Shown here one piece after another: positions 15,293 through 23,400 of a stretch of DNA of 32,000 nucleotides; the first letter of the stretch is position 1, and each line of letters starts with the position of its first letter. This DNA comes from Halomicrobium mukohataei DSM 12286 (GTDB lineage: Archaea > Halobacteriota > Halobacteria > Halobacteriales > Haloarculaceae). The stretch lies in NCBI RefSeq assembly GCF_000023965.1, contig NC_013202.1, positions 270,001 through 302,000 on the forward strand, given 5' to 3'. The translations under genes and the position numbers were made by a program. The notes under the pieces are model-generated. The model saw only the letters and a list, made by a program, of their open reading frames with translations. It was not told the origin of the DNA and did not search any database.

Positions 15293-16555
15293 TCAGGCCG
15301 CCCCTCGCCGAGTGCCCACCCGTGACAGCGCCACGGCCAGTGCCGCGCCGAGTACCGGGAAGGCCGCCAGCGCGAGGAAGGTGCCGTCGGTGCCGACCGC
15401 CGACAGCAGGATGCCGGACAGCGCCGCGCCGGCCGCGCCGACGCCGAAGTTCGCCAGGTAGGTGAACCCATACGAGAGTCCGCGGTCGTCTGGCGGGCTG
15501 TACTCCGCGATGGTCGCCTGATAGAGCGGCTGGATGGCGAAGAGCACGAAGCCAAGCACCGCGCTGACAGCGAGCAGCGGACCCAGACCGGCCTGGGCGG
15601 CCGGCACGAACAACACCGCGACGACGGCGAGCGCAGCGAACACCCCGATCAGCCCCGTCGTCACCGAGATCCGGTCGGTGAGCTTGCCGCCAGCGTACTG
15701 GCCGGCGATGCCGACCGTCAGCAGGCCGGCGTAGACGTAGGAGGCGAGATCGAACTCCTCGGCCATCGGACTGCCGGGATCGAAGAGGCGGACGTAGTCG
15801 GTGATCGGCGGGAGAAAGCCACCGAGCACGTCCGGCAGGAAGGTGAGGACGCCGCGGTAGAACACGCCGTTCATCAGCACGACGCAGATCGCCAGCGCGA
15901 AGCCCGCCGTAAAGAGCGTCCGCGTGCCGGTGACGAACTCGCCGAGCGAGGACGGTCCGCCGCCACGGCCCTCGTCCGCGCCGCCGTCAGCGCGGACGGC
16001 GGCCATCTCGTCGAACTCGGCGGTGACTGCGTACGCGACCGCCAGCGCGGCGGGGATCGAGAGCAGGCCCGCGACGGTTCGCCAGTCGAAGGCCAGCAAG
16101 AGCAGCGCGGTCGCCAGCGGTCCGAACGCGATGCCGACGTTGCCGGCCATCCCGTGGTAAGCGAAGCCGGTGCCGCGCTCTGACACGCCCGTCGAGAGCA
16201 AGGAGAGGCCGGCCGGGTGGTAGACGCTGGCGGCGACGCCCCACAGCCCCAGCGCGAGGGCGATCGTCGGGATGCCCGGTGCGAACCCGAGCAAGAGGAA
16301 CGAGCCGCCCATCCCGAGCAGACAGCCGATCACGACGGTCCGAGCGCTCAGGAGGTCGGCGAGCACGCCCCCCGGAAGTGCGCCGATGCCAAAGAGGGCG
16401 TAGCCGACGGCGACGATCGTCCCGAGCAGCGCTGTCGTCGTCGAGAACTGCTGGAGCCAGACGACGACGAAGATGGGGATCGACAGCTCGTAGGTGTGGA
16501 CCGTCGCGTGGGCCAGCATCGCGAAGCCGACGATCGAGCGGTCGTTGTCGTTCAT
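15293..16555 (-). CDS. MFS transporter
   Basis: 420 aa from ATG 16555 (the track TTG is at 16576). About 12 hydrophobic helices in a 6+6 arrangement with a central acidic loop. A GGVLADLLSARTV motif-A-like loop follows TM2. Confidence 0.8.
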   Translation of the reverse strand: MNDNDRSIVGFAMLAHATVHTYELSIPIFVVVWLQQFSTTTALLGTIVAVGYALFGIGALPGGVLADLLSARTVVIGCLLGMGGSFLLLGFAPGIPTIALALGLWGVAASVYHPAGLSLLSTGVSERGTGFAYHGMAGNVGIAFGPLATALLLLAFDWRTVAGLLSIPAALAVAYAVTAEFDEMAAVRADGGADEGRGGGPSSLGEFVTGTRTLFTAGFALAICVVLMNGVFYRGVLTFLPDVLGGFLPPITDYVRLFDPGSPMAEEFDLASYVYAGLLTVGIAGQYAGGKLTDRISVTTGLIGVFAALAVVAVLFVPAAQAGLGPLLAVSAVLGFVLFAIQPLYQATIAEYSPPDDRGLSYGFTYLANFGVGAAGAALSGILLSAVGTDGTFLALAAFPVLGAALAVALSRVGTRRGAA

Positions 16556-16752
16556 CGACAGCGCGCGACCCCCCAACCGTGCTCGTATCGCCGCTGTGTT
16601 CGGGCAGACCGTTCGACTGTCTCGACGCGCGCCGAGGCGACCGGTCCGAGGCCGGTCGCCGGGCCAGCGCTGTCGGTCTCAATCATGCTGTACACCCAGA
16701 GATAGAGCATGAAAAACGTTGTTAGACCGGCCCCGGACGAGCGGCGGTTTCA

Positions 16753-16830
16753 TACTACCGGCTGTAAATCTGTGAACGATTTCGCCACCCCGGGGTGGCG
16801 AAGATCTTCACGAAGTTACAGCCGGCAGTA
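16753..16830 (+). mobile_element. MITE-like palindromic element, family 1 (78 bp), copy 3
   Basis: TACTACCGGCTGTAA...TTCGCCACCCCGGGGTGGCGAA...TTACAGCCGGCAGTA. Flanked by direct TCA (16750-16752) and TCA (16831-16833). The latter is the stop codon (TGA) of the gamma-glutamyltransferase gene. Confidence 0.7.
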
Positions 16831-18426
16831 TCAGAACCCGACGCTACTCCCGTCCTTGCGTGGTTCGGTCGCGCCAGACAGCGTCCCGTCGGGCTCGCGG
16901 CGCGCGATCTGGCCGCCACCGAACTGTCGGGGCGGGAGGACGGCCACGTCGTGTTCCCGTCGGGCGAGGTCGGCACCGATCTCGCCGGCCAGCCGTTCCT
17001 CCAGCGCGAGGCGGCCGTCCTCCATGTAGCGCCAGCGCGGCGCGTCGAAGGCCCGCTGGAGGGGCATCTCGTCGTCGATGAGGTTGCTGAGGACCTGGAC
17101 GTGGCCCTGCGGTTGCATGTATCCGCCCATGACGCCGAAGGCCGCCCAGTCCTCGTCGTCGAGTTCGACGAGGCCGGGGATCAGCGTGTGGAACGGCTTC
17201 TTGCCCGGTTCGAGCGTGTTGGGGTGGTCCGGATCGAGCGAGAACGACGCGCCGCGGTTCTGGAGGACGATCCCCGTGTCGGGGACGACGACGCCGCTGC
17301 CGAAGCCGTTGTACAGCGAGTTGATGAACGAGACGACGTTGCCCGCCTCGTCGGCGACGGTCAGCAAGACCGTGTCGCTGTCCTCGTCGGGGAGACCCGG
17401 CCCGCCGACGCTGACCTCGCCAGCGGTCTCGTCGACCGTCGCCGCCCGCTCGCTCGCGTACGCTGGATCGTGAAGATCCGGAACGGACTCGAAGTCGGGG
17501 TCGGTGATGTAGTGGTGGCCGTCGTGGAAGGCCCGCTTCATCGCCTCGGCGAAGTAGTGGACGCGCTCGGGCGAGCCCGCGGGGTGGTCGCCAGCGCCCA
17601 GCTCCGCGGCGACGTTGAGCGCCTCCAGCGCGATCAGGCCCTGGTTGTTCGGCGGCAGCTCGTAGACGGTCGCGCCGCCGTAGGTCGTCGAGACGGGATC
17701 GACCACGTCGGGGGTAAAGCCCGCGAGGTCGTCGGCCGAGAGGAGACCGCCCTCGGCCTGGACGGCCTGGCCGATCCGCTCGGCGATCGCCCCCTCGTAG
17801 AAGGCGTCGGCTCCCTCGCGGGCGACGGTCTCGAACGTCTCGCCCAGCCCCGGCAGCGTGACGGTCTGGCCCACGTCCGGTGCCTCGCCGCCGGGCAGGT
17901 ACGCCTCGCGGCCGGCGTCGCTGACGAACCGCTGGGCACAGGCGGCCCACGCGTCGGCGATGATCTCGCTGACCGGGTACCCCTCGGTCGCGTACTCGAT
18001 GGCCGGCTGGAGCACGTCGCCGAGCGCGAGCCGACCGTGCGCTTCGACGGTGTGCTCCCAGCCCCGCGCCGCGCCCGGAACCGTGATCGCCAGCGGGCCG
18101 AAGTCTGGCATCTCGCCGTCGTCGACGCGGTCCCGGACGGCCTCGCGTGTCGCGCGCTGGGGTGCGCCGCCACAGCTCCGGAGCGCGCCCACCTCGCCGT
18201 CGGCCGTGCGATACAGCGCGAACGCGTCCCCGCCGATACCGGTGCTCATGGGCTCGACGACGTTCAGCGCCGCCGCCGTGGCGACGGCCGCGTCGAAGGC
18301 GTTACCGCCCTCGCGGAGGAGTCTGACGCCGGCCTGTGCGGCCAGTGGCTGGCTCGTCGAGACGACGCCGCGGTTCGCGTAGACGGTAGAACGGCGCGAG
18401 TCGAACCGATCGAGGTCTGGATCCAT
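16831..18426 (-). CDS. ggt: gamma-glutamyltransferase
   Basis: 531 aa from ATG 18426 (the track TTG is at 18453). Blocks GGNAFDAAVA, PMSTGIGGDAF, DSDTVLLTVADEAGNVVSFINSLY and FGVMGGYMQPQGHVQVL match the GGT family. Confidence 0.88.
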   Translation of the reverse strand: MDPDLDRFDSRRSTVYANRGVVSTSQPLAAQAGVRLLREGGNAFDAAVATAAALNVVEPMSTGIGGDAFALYRTADGEVGALRSCGGAPQRATREAVRDRVDDGEMPDFGPLAITVPGAARGWEHTVEAHGRLALGDVLQPAIEYATEGYPVSEIIADAWAACAQRFVSDAGREAYLPGGEAPDVGQTVTLPGLGETFETVAREGADAFYEGAIAERIGQAVQAEGGLLSADDLAGFTPDVVDPVSTTYGGATVYELPPNNQGLIALEALNVAAELGAGDHPAGSPERVHYFAEAMKRAFHDGHHYITDPDFESVPDLHDPAYASERAATVDETAGEVSVGGPGLPDEDSDTVLLTVADEAGNVVSFINSLYNGFGSGVVVPDTGIVLQNRGASFSLDPDHPNTLEPGKKPFHTLIPGLVELDDEDWAAFGVMGGYMQPQGHVQVLSNLIDDEMPLQRAFDAPRWRYMEDGRLALEERLAGEIGADLARREHDVAVLPPRQFGGGQIARREPDGTLSGATEPRKDGSSVGF

Positions 18427-18501
18427 ACTGCTGGCAAACGGAGACAGGGGCAAAAGCGTTGGTCCGGGACAGTAGAGTGTCGACTTCCAGAATCAGTGGC
18501 A

Positions 18502-19266
18502 TCAGGACGGGACGGTCGCCCGGAACTGCTCGGGATCCTCGTGGAAACAATCGCCGACGATGATCGCGTCCGCACCAGCATCGAGGATCTCACGGGCGCG
18601 ACGACGACTATTGATCCCGCCACCGTAGACGAGTGTCGCGTCATCGAGGTGGGATGCCGCCGCTTCGACCTCTTCGGGACCGCCATAGGTACCCGAATAT
18701 TCCAGATAGAAGATCGGGAAGCCGTAGAACGCTTCCGTTGCGAGAGCCGCACCGGCGACCTGCTCGGTCGTGTACGCCGTCTCGACCCCCGAAACTGTCG
18801 CAGCCTTCGATTCGATGTTCTGGATGACGTATCCTTCGCCGACGATCTTGTCTGCCATCCGGGCAACCGCGTCCAACCCTTTCGACGCGATGAGATCGCC
18901 GAGCACTGGCAAGCCGGTGCCAAACAGTTCTTCGGGTTTGTTGCCGACTTCGGTGAAGAGATCGAGATGCTTACCCACGAAGTGCTCGCGGTCCCCGTTG
19001 TAAACGGCTGGAATCGCCAGAAGGTCCACGGCGTCGATAGTATCAGTCGAGACGTGATCCGAGCTGTACGGTTCCTGAAGGATGGGGATCGACGGGACCG
19101 CCTCACCGATCTGCTCAATCACTGCGAGCGTGTTCTCGGCCGTGACGCCGTCGGAACCACCGACGATGATCGCGTCTGTCTCCGACAGCACGCCGATGTC
19201 GCGTGGGAGATCCTTCGCGGGATCGATCTTCGTCACGTGGGTGATATCGTCCCAGTCGAGGTTCAT
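18502..19266 (-). CDS. geranylgeranylglyceryl phosphate synthase (PcrB/GGGPS family)
   Basis: 254 aa. ITHVTKIDP, IIVGGSDGVT and LVYGGGINS...AGADAIIVGD are typical of the GGGPS TIM-barrel family. Confidence 0.85.
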   Translation of the reverse strand: MNLDWDDITHVTKIDPAKDLPRDIGVLSETDAIIVGGSDGVTAENTLAVIEQIGEAVPSIPILQEPYSSDHVSTDTIDAVDLLAIPAVYNGDREHFVGKHLDLFTEVGNKPEELFGTGLPVLGDLIASKGLDAVARMADKIVGEGYVIQNIESKAATVSGVETAYTTEQVAGAALATEAFYGFPIFYLEYSGTYGGPEEVEAAASHLDDATLVYGGGINSRRRAREILDAGADAIIVGDCFHEDPEQFRATVPS

Positions 19267-19410
19267 AATTGCCGTGCGAAAGCGACGAAGATAATCCTTG
19301 CTCTCTCTCGAATTCGAGCGAGTGCCCCACAGTTATTTTCATACACCCGCCGGTCGGGTCGTATCGGCAACAGCGTCCGAGTGCAAAGGCACCGCACAAC
19401 ACCGGAGCGG

Positions 19411-19785
19411 TTATTCCGAGAACGAACTGGAGCCGACCGGCGGCGTCTCGTGCTGGAACGTCTGGACCTCCACGGTCCGCCCGTCCGGGTCGGTCGCGAA
19501 GAACTGGTAGATCCCGAAGTCGTCGTTCGGTTTCGGCGGGCCGCGGGCCACGTCGGCGAGGTCGGCGTGACAGTCGTCGACGGCCGCCTCGTCGTCGAGG
19601 ACGACCGTGACGATCCCGTCGGTCTCCGTCTCGGTCCCGTCGCAGAAGCCGACGAGGAGGTTGTCGTACGCGAGAATCGTACAGCCGCCGTCCTGTTCGA
19701 GCCACACGTCGAAGCCGAGTCGATCGGTGTAGAAGGAGACGGTCTCGGCGCGGTTCTCGGTCCGGAAGAAGACGATCCCAGACAT
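19411..19785 (-). CDS. VOC (glyoxalase/bleomycin-resistance/dioxygenase) family protein
   Basis: 124 aa. FYTDRLGF... and the overall size and pattern fit a single paired beta-alpha-beta-beta-beta module. Confidence 0.65.
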   Translation of the reverse strand: MSGIVFFRTENRAETVSFYTDRLGFDVWLEQDGGCTILAYDNLLVGFCDGTETETDGIVTVVLDDEAAVDDCHADLADVARGPPKPNDDFGIYQFFATDPDGRTVEVQTFQHETPPVGSSSFSE

Positions 19786-19870
19786 ACCGCCACCGAGACG
19801 CGCCAGCCACGTGAGCGTGCCGGCTGGCGTCGGCGGCGCTGGACGGGGCCGCGACGACAGCGTGCCCTCA

Positions 19871-19949
19871 TACGGAAAATTGTAGTTGCTTACCGGTGAG
19901 CGTCGCCACGGGGTAGACGCTCACCGGTACATTCCTACAACCGTCCGTA
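19871..19949 (+). mobile_element. MITE-like palindromic element, family 2 (79 bp), copy A
   Basis: TACGGAAAATTGTAG...TTACCGGTGAGCGTC-GCCACGGGGTA-GACGCTCACCGGTA...CTACAACCGTCCGTA. Perfect 14-bp inner stem. Flanked by direct TCA (19868-19870) and TCA (19950-19952). The latter is the stop codon of cbiO. Confidence 0.65.
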
Positions 19950-20756
19950 TCACTGCCGTCGCAGTCGTTCGACCGCTTCCTCGACGCGGACCGGCAGGTC
20001 CTCGAAGCCCGCCCGGTCGAACAGTTCGACGACGGTCGGGGGCGCGAGGCCGGCCTCGCGGAGTCGGTCGGTGTCGGTCAACACTTCGCGAGTCGATCCC
20101 GTCGCGACGACGCGCCCGTCCCGGCCCAGCAGGACGACCCGGTCGGCCACCGCCGCGACGAGGTCGGTGTCCGGTGTCGACGTGACGATCGTCACGCCGT
20201 CGGCCGACAGTTCGTCCAGCAGATCGAGCAGTTCGGCCTCGTTGTTGCCGTCGACGTTCGACAGCGGCTCGTCTAGCAGGAGTACGTCCGGGTCGACCGA
20301 GAGCACGCTGGCGATGGCGGCGCGGCGCTGTTCGCCGCCGCTGAGTCGGAACGGCGGGCGATCGAGGAGGTGTTCGAGGTCGAACCGCTCGGCCAGCTCG
20401 GCGACGCGCCGGTCGGCTTCGGCGGCCGACAGCCCCAGCTGGGCGGGGCCGTACTCGATGTCTTCGCGCACGGTCGGGTTGAACAGGTACTCGCCGGGGT
20501 CCTGCGTGAGCACGCCCAGCCGGTCGCGAACGGCGTCGCCCGGCTGGTCCGTCCCGAAGTAGCGAACGGAGCCGTCGTCGGGCGGTAACAGCCCGCCCAG
20601 CAGGAGCAAGAGCGTGGACTTGCCCGCGCCGTTGGGGCCGAGCAGCGCGACCCGTTCGCCGGCCTCGATCGTCAGGTCGACGCCGTCGACGGCGGTGGTG
20701 CCGTCCTCGTACCGGTAGGCCAGACCCGACGCTTCGATCACCGGGTCCGCCGTCAC
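19950..20756 (-). CDS. cbiO: ECF-type Ni/Co transporter ATPase component
   Basis: 268 aa. Walker A GPNGAGKST, signature LSGGEQRR, Walker B LLLDEP. The GTG start overlaps the cbiQ stop (GTGA). Confidence 0.88.
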   Translation of the reverse strand: MTADPVIEASGLAYRYEDGTTAVDGVDLTIEAGERVALLGPNGAGKSTLLLLLGGLLPPDDGSVRYFGTDQPGDAVRDRLGVLTQDPGEYLFNPTVREDIEYGPAQLGLSAAEADRRVAELAERFDLEHLLDRPPFRLSGGEQRRAAIASVLSVDPDVLLLDEPLSNVDGNNEAELLDLLDELSADGVTIVTSTPDTDLVAAVADRVVLLGRDGRVVATGSTREVLTDTDRLREAGLAPPTVVELFDRAGFEDLPVRVEEAVERLRRQ

Positions 20757-21550
20757 GCGGCGATCACCCGAACCACGACGACGACGACGAGCAACAGCGC
20801 GAACGCGGCGTCGGCGCGGCCCGGCGACCCGGACCGGTCGTACGGTCGCAGGCGCGTGCCACCGCGGGCGCGGGCGGCTCGCTGGACCCGTTCGCCGCGG
20901 TCGAGCGAGCGCAGGAGGAAGGTGCCCAGAAACGAGCCCGACCGCGCCCAGCGACTCCGGAGCGAGCCACGCGAGAACGTGCGGCTCCGGCGAGCGTGTG
21001 CCATCCGTTCGAGTTCCCGGAAGAACAACAGCAGCGACCGGTACGTGACCGCGAGGAGGGTGATCGCCAGCGGCGGGAGCCGAAGGCGACGCAGGGCCGT
21101 CACCAGCGGGCCGAAGCCGGTCGTCAGCAACAGCACGGACAGCAGTGCGAGCGAGGCCGTCACGCGGACGAGGAAGACCGCGACGTAGCTCAGTCCCGTC
21201 GCCGAGAGCGAGAGCGGGCCGAGCGCCGCGACGGTCGGTCCCGGCTGGAGGACCGCCTGTGGCGCGACGACGGCGGCCGAGGCCAGAACCGGCGGTGCGA
21301 TCCGTCGGCCGAGCCTCAGGGGCGCGATTCGCGAGCCGATCGCCAGTCCCATCGGGAGGGCGGCCAGCCCGCAGAGGATCGCGAGGTCGTCGGTCACGAC
21401 CGCGACTACGAGAAGCGAGAGGACGCCGACCAGCTTCAGTGCCGGGTCGACGGCCTGCATGAAGCCGTCGCGTCGAGGCGTCCGGGTCGTCACGAGAAAC
21501 GACTGGGCCTCGTCGCTGACCGCCGCGACGGTGCGGTCGAGCGCGTCCAT
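20753..21550 (-). CDS. cbiQ: ECF transporter transmembrane (T) component
   Basis: 265 aa from ATG 21550 inside track ORF 20753..21826. Multi-TM protein with the Arg-rich cytoplasmic helix YRSLLLFFRELERMAHARRSR typical of CbiQ/EcfT. It lies between the cbiN-like and cbiO genes. Confidence 0.8.
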   Translation of the reverse strand: MDALDRTVAAVSDEAQSFLVTTRTPRRDGFMQAVDPALKLVGVLSLLVVAVVTDDLAILCGLAALPMGLAIGSRIAPLRLGRRIAPPVLASAAVVAPQAVLQPGPTVAALGPLSLSATGLSYVAVFLVRVTASLALLSVLLLTTGFGPLVTALRRLRLPPLAITLLAVTYRSLLLFFRELERMAHARRSRTFSRGSLRSRWARSGSFLGTFLLRSLDRGERVQRAARARGGTRLRPYDRSGSPGRADAAFALLLVVVVVVRVIAA

Positions 21551-21858
21551 CAGTCGGCGAGTAGCCGTGCGATCGCCGTGGCGACGACGAGGGTCAGCGC
21601 CGTCCCGACGACCGCCGAGACGAACGTCCCCACCAGCGGGTCGAGGCCGGGGATCGCGTAGTCCGGCAGCAGTCCGGGGTTGTATGTCACCTCGTGTGCC
21701 ATCGCGCCCGTGCGCTCTGCGGCGTTCTCCAGGGGTTCCGCGTATCCGACCCGGCCGGCAGCCCACGCGAACAGCGGCGAGGCGGCGACGATGGCGGCGA
21801 TCGCGAGCAGACTCCGACGAACCCACGAACGGTCCCAGGCGTCGCTGGCGACGCTCAC
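21550..21858 (-). CDS. CbiN/NikN-like small membrane component (PDGLE-type)
   Basis: 102 aa from GTG 21858, which overlaps the cbiM stop as GTGA. N- and C-terminal TM helices flank AEPLENAAE...PDYAIPGL. Its position between cbiM and cbiQ supports the call. The start codon is inferred. Confidence 0.6.
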   Translation of the reverse strand: MSVASDAWDRSWVRRSLLAIAAIVAASPLFAWAAGRVGYAEPLENAAERTGAMAHEVTYNPGLLPDYAIPGLDPLVGTFVSAVVGTALTLVVATAIARLLAD

Positions 21859-22496
21859 GCGGCCACCTCCGTCGTCGTCGCGGTCGGGAACAGATCCGGC
21901 CGGGCGTCGGCGACGTAGCGGTAGACGACAGCGGTGATTCCGCCCTCGATCAGCCCAAGGAGGAGGTGCCCGACACCCATGATGGAGACGGTCGTCACCA
22001 GCTCGTAGGCGAACGCCGAGGAGGCACCGAGCTGGAGCGCGGCGGCCACGGCACCGGCCGTGATCCCCAGCCAGCCGGCGACGAAGGCGGCCACGAACTC
22101 GTTGTGGCCGGCCAGCAGCCGGTAGAGACCGTAGCCGACGTACACCTCGACGACGGCCATGTTCAGGACGTTCGCGCCGAGGACGACGAGCCCGCCGTCG
22201 CCGAACACGAGCGCCTGGATCGTCACGACGGTGGCGACACAGAGCGCACCGAGGTGGGGACCGAGCAGGATCGCGGCGAACGCGCCGCCGACGAAGTGAG
22301 CGCTGGTGCCGCCGGGAATCGGCCAGTTGAGCATCTGTGCGGCGAACAGGCCGGCGGCGACGATACCGAGCACCGGCGCAGTGGTGTCGGTCAGCTCGCC
22401 GTCGGCGCGTCGTGCAGCGACGACGAGCGTCCCGCCAGCGAGGGCGGCACAGACGACGGCGATCCACAGATCGAGGAATCCGTCCGGAATGTGCAT
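21855..22496 (-). CDS. cbiM: ECF Ni/Co transporter substrate-capture (S) component
   Basis: 213 aa from ATG 22496. The mature N-terminus MHIPDGFL is the conserved metal-binding N-terminus of CbiM/NikM. Seven hydrophobic helices. Confidence 0.85.
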   Translation of the reverse strand: MHIPDGFLDLWIAVVCAALAGGTLVVAARRADGELTDTTAPVLGIVAAGLFAAQMLNWPIPGGTSAHFVGGAFAAILLGPHLGALCVATVVTIQALVFGDGGLVVLGANVLNMAVVEVYVGYGLYRLLAGHNEFVAAFVAGWLGITAGAVAAALQLGASSAFAYELVTTVSIMGVGHLLLGLIEGGITAVVYRYVADARPDLFPTATTTEVAA

Positions 22497-22520
22497 ACGC
22501 TCCGGTCCGAGCGCGGACAA

Positions 22521-22549
22521 ATAATACTTTCTCATCTCTCAGTAATACT
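22521..22549. promoter_or_regulatory. divergent nikR / cbiM promoter region with two TAATACT boxes
   Basis: TAATACT occurs at 22522-22528 and 22543-22549, 21 bp apart, in the 107-bp nikR-cbiM intergenic region. The first box is about 27-33 nt upstream of the cbiM ATG, so it is TATA-like. Either box could also be part of a NikR operator. Confidence 0.3.
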
Positions 22550-22603
22550 CGCGGGAGACAGCAGTTGGACACGCTCTTGCCCGCCCCCGTCGTAGCCGGG
22601 GAC

Positions 22604-23014
22604 ATGAGCGACGATCTGGACCGGATCAGTCTCACGCTCCCGGCGGAGATGACCACGCGGCTCGACGACATCGTCGACGACTGGGAGTACGACAGCCGTT
22701 CGGAAGCGATCAGGGACGCCCTGCGTGACTTCTTCGGTGCCTACGAGTGGGAATCGGCCGACGACACCGTCCACCACGGCACCGTCGTCGTCGTCCACGA
22801 CCACCACGTCGACGGGATCGCCGACCAGCTCCAGACGATCCAACACGAGATGGCCGATCTGATCACGTCGGTCCAGCACATCCACCTCTCGCACGACACC
22901 TGCATGGAGACGCTGGTCGTCGAGGGGGCGGGCACTGCGATCACCGAACTGGCGAACCGCCTGCGGGCGATCGGCGGCGTCAATCAGGTCAAGGTCGTCG
23001 TCGTCGGCGACTGA
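22604..23014 (+). CDS. nikR: NikR family nickel-responsive transcriptional regulator
   Basis: 136 aa from ATG 22604 within track ORF 22337..23014. Ribbon-helix-helix N-terminus (ISLTLPAEMTTRLDDIV..YDSRSEAIRDALRDF) and a His/Cys-rich C-terminal domain (HHGTVVVVHDHH...HIHLSHDTC). Divergent from the cbiMNQO genes. Confidence 0.85.
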   Translation: MSDDLDRISLTLPAEMTTRLDDIVDDWEYDSRSEAIRDALRDFFGAYEWESADDTVHHGTVVVVHDHHVDGIADQLQTIQHEMADLITSVQHIHLSHDTCMETLVVEGAGTAITELANRLRAIGGVNQVKVVVVGD

Positions 23015-23104
23015 TCCCGCCCGCCATCGGGCACCGCCGCGTCACCCCAGCCCCGAGCCGCGAACCCACCAAGCTATTACGGCGGCGTGAGCGTACCGTC
23101 GCGT

Positions 23105-23347
23105 ATGCCGGCCAAGTCAGGCGCGTCACACTCGACTGGGTACCTCGTCAGCGTCGTCGTCAGCGGACTGTTGATCGAACACATCCTGGCGTTCGCGCCG
23201 TCGTTCCGACGCGTGTCTCGGATCGCGGGTGAGCTCCTCACCGCGTACACGAACGTCCCGATCTCCGAGGAGGCCGCCGGAATGCTGCTCGTGACGGCCG
23301 TCCTCGTCGGCGTCTGGGGCGTCGGTTACCACCTCTATCGGCACTAA
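23105..23347 (+). CDS. small membrane protein (2 TM), function unknown
   Basis: 80 aa from ATG 23105 (the track GTG is at 23087). GC3-rich codons. Helices YLVSVVVSGLLIEHILAFA and GMLLVTAVLVGVWGVGY. Confidence 0.5.
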   Translation: MPAKSGASHSTGYLVSVVVSGLLIEHILAFAPSFRRVSRIAGELLTAYTNVPISEEAAGMLLVTAVLVGVWGVGYHLYRH

Positions 23348-23400
23348 CGCTGTCGTGCCGCGAGGGACGGGCTTTTTACCACCTGTCCCGAAGGCAGGAT

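Noticed and set aside
19339-19366. A mini-palindrome TCATACACCCGCCGGTCGGGTCGTATCG with MITE-like ends (TCATAC...GTATC), which could be an excision footprint or minimal element.
   Set aside because: It is only about 22 nt with imperfect pairing, and the right flank is TCG rather than TCA. It also lies in a promoter or terminator gap where short palindromes are expected. The evidence is too weak.
16795-19899. A 1034-aa ORF on the plus strand, the longest in the track.
   Set aside because: It runs antisense through three well-supported minus-strand genes (ggt, GGGP synthase, VOC). Its translation is Arg/Gly/Val/Asp-rich with no recognisable motif. This is a typical shadow ORF of high-GC DNA.
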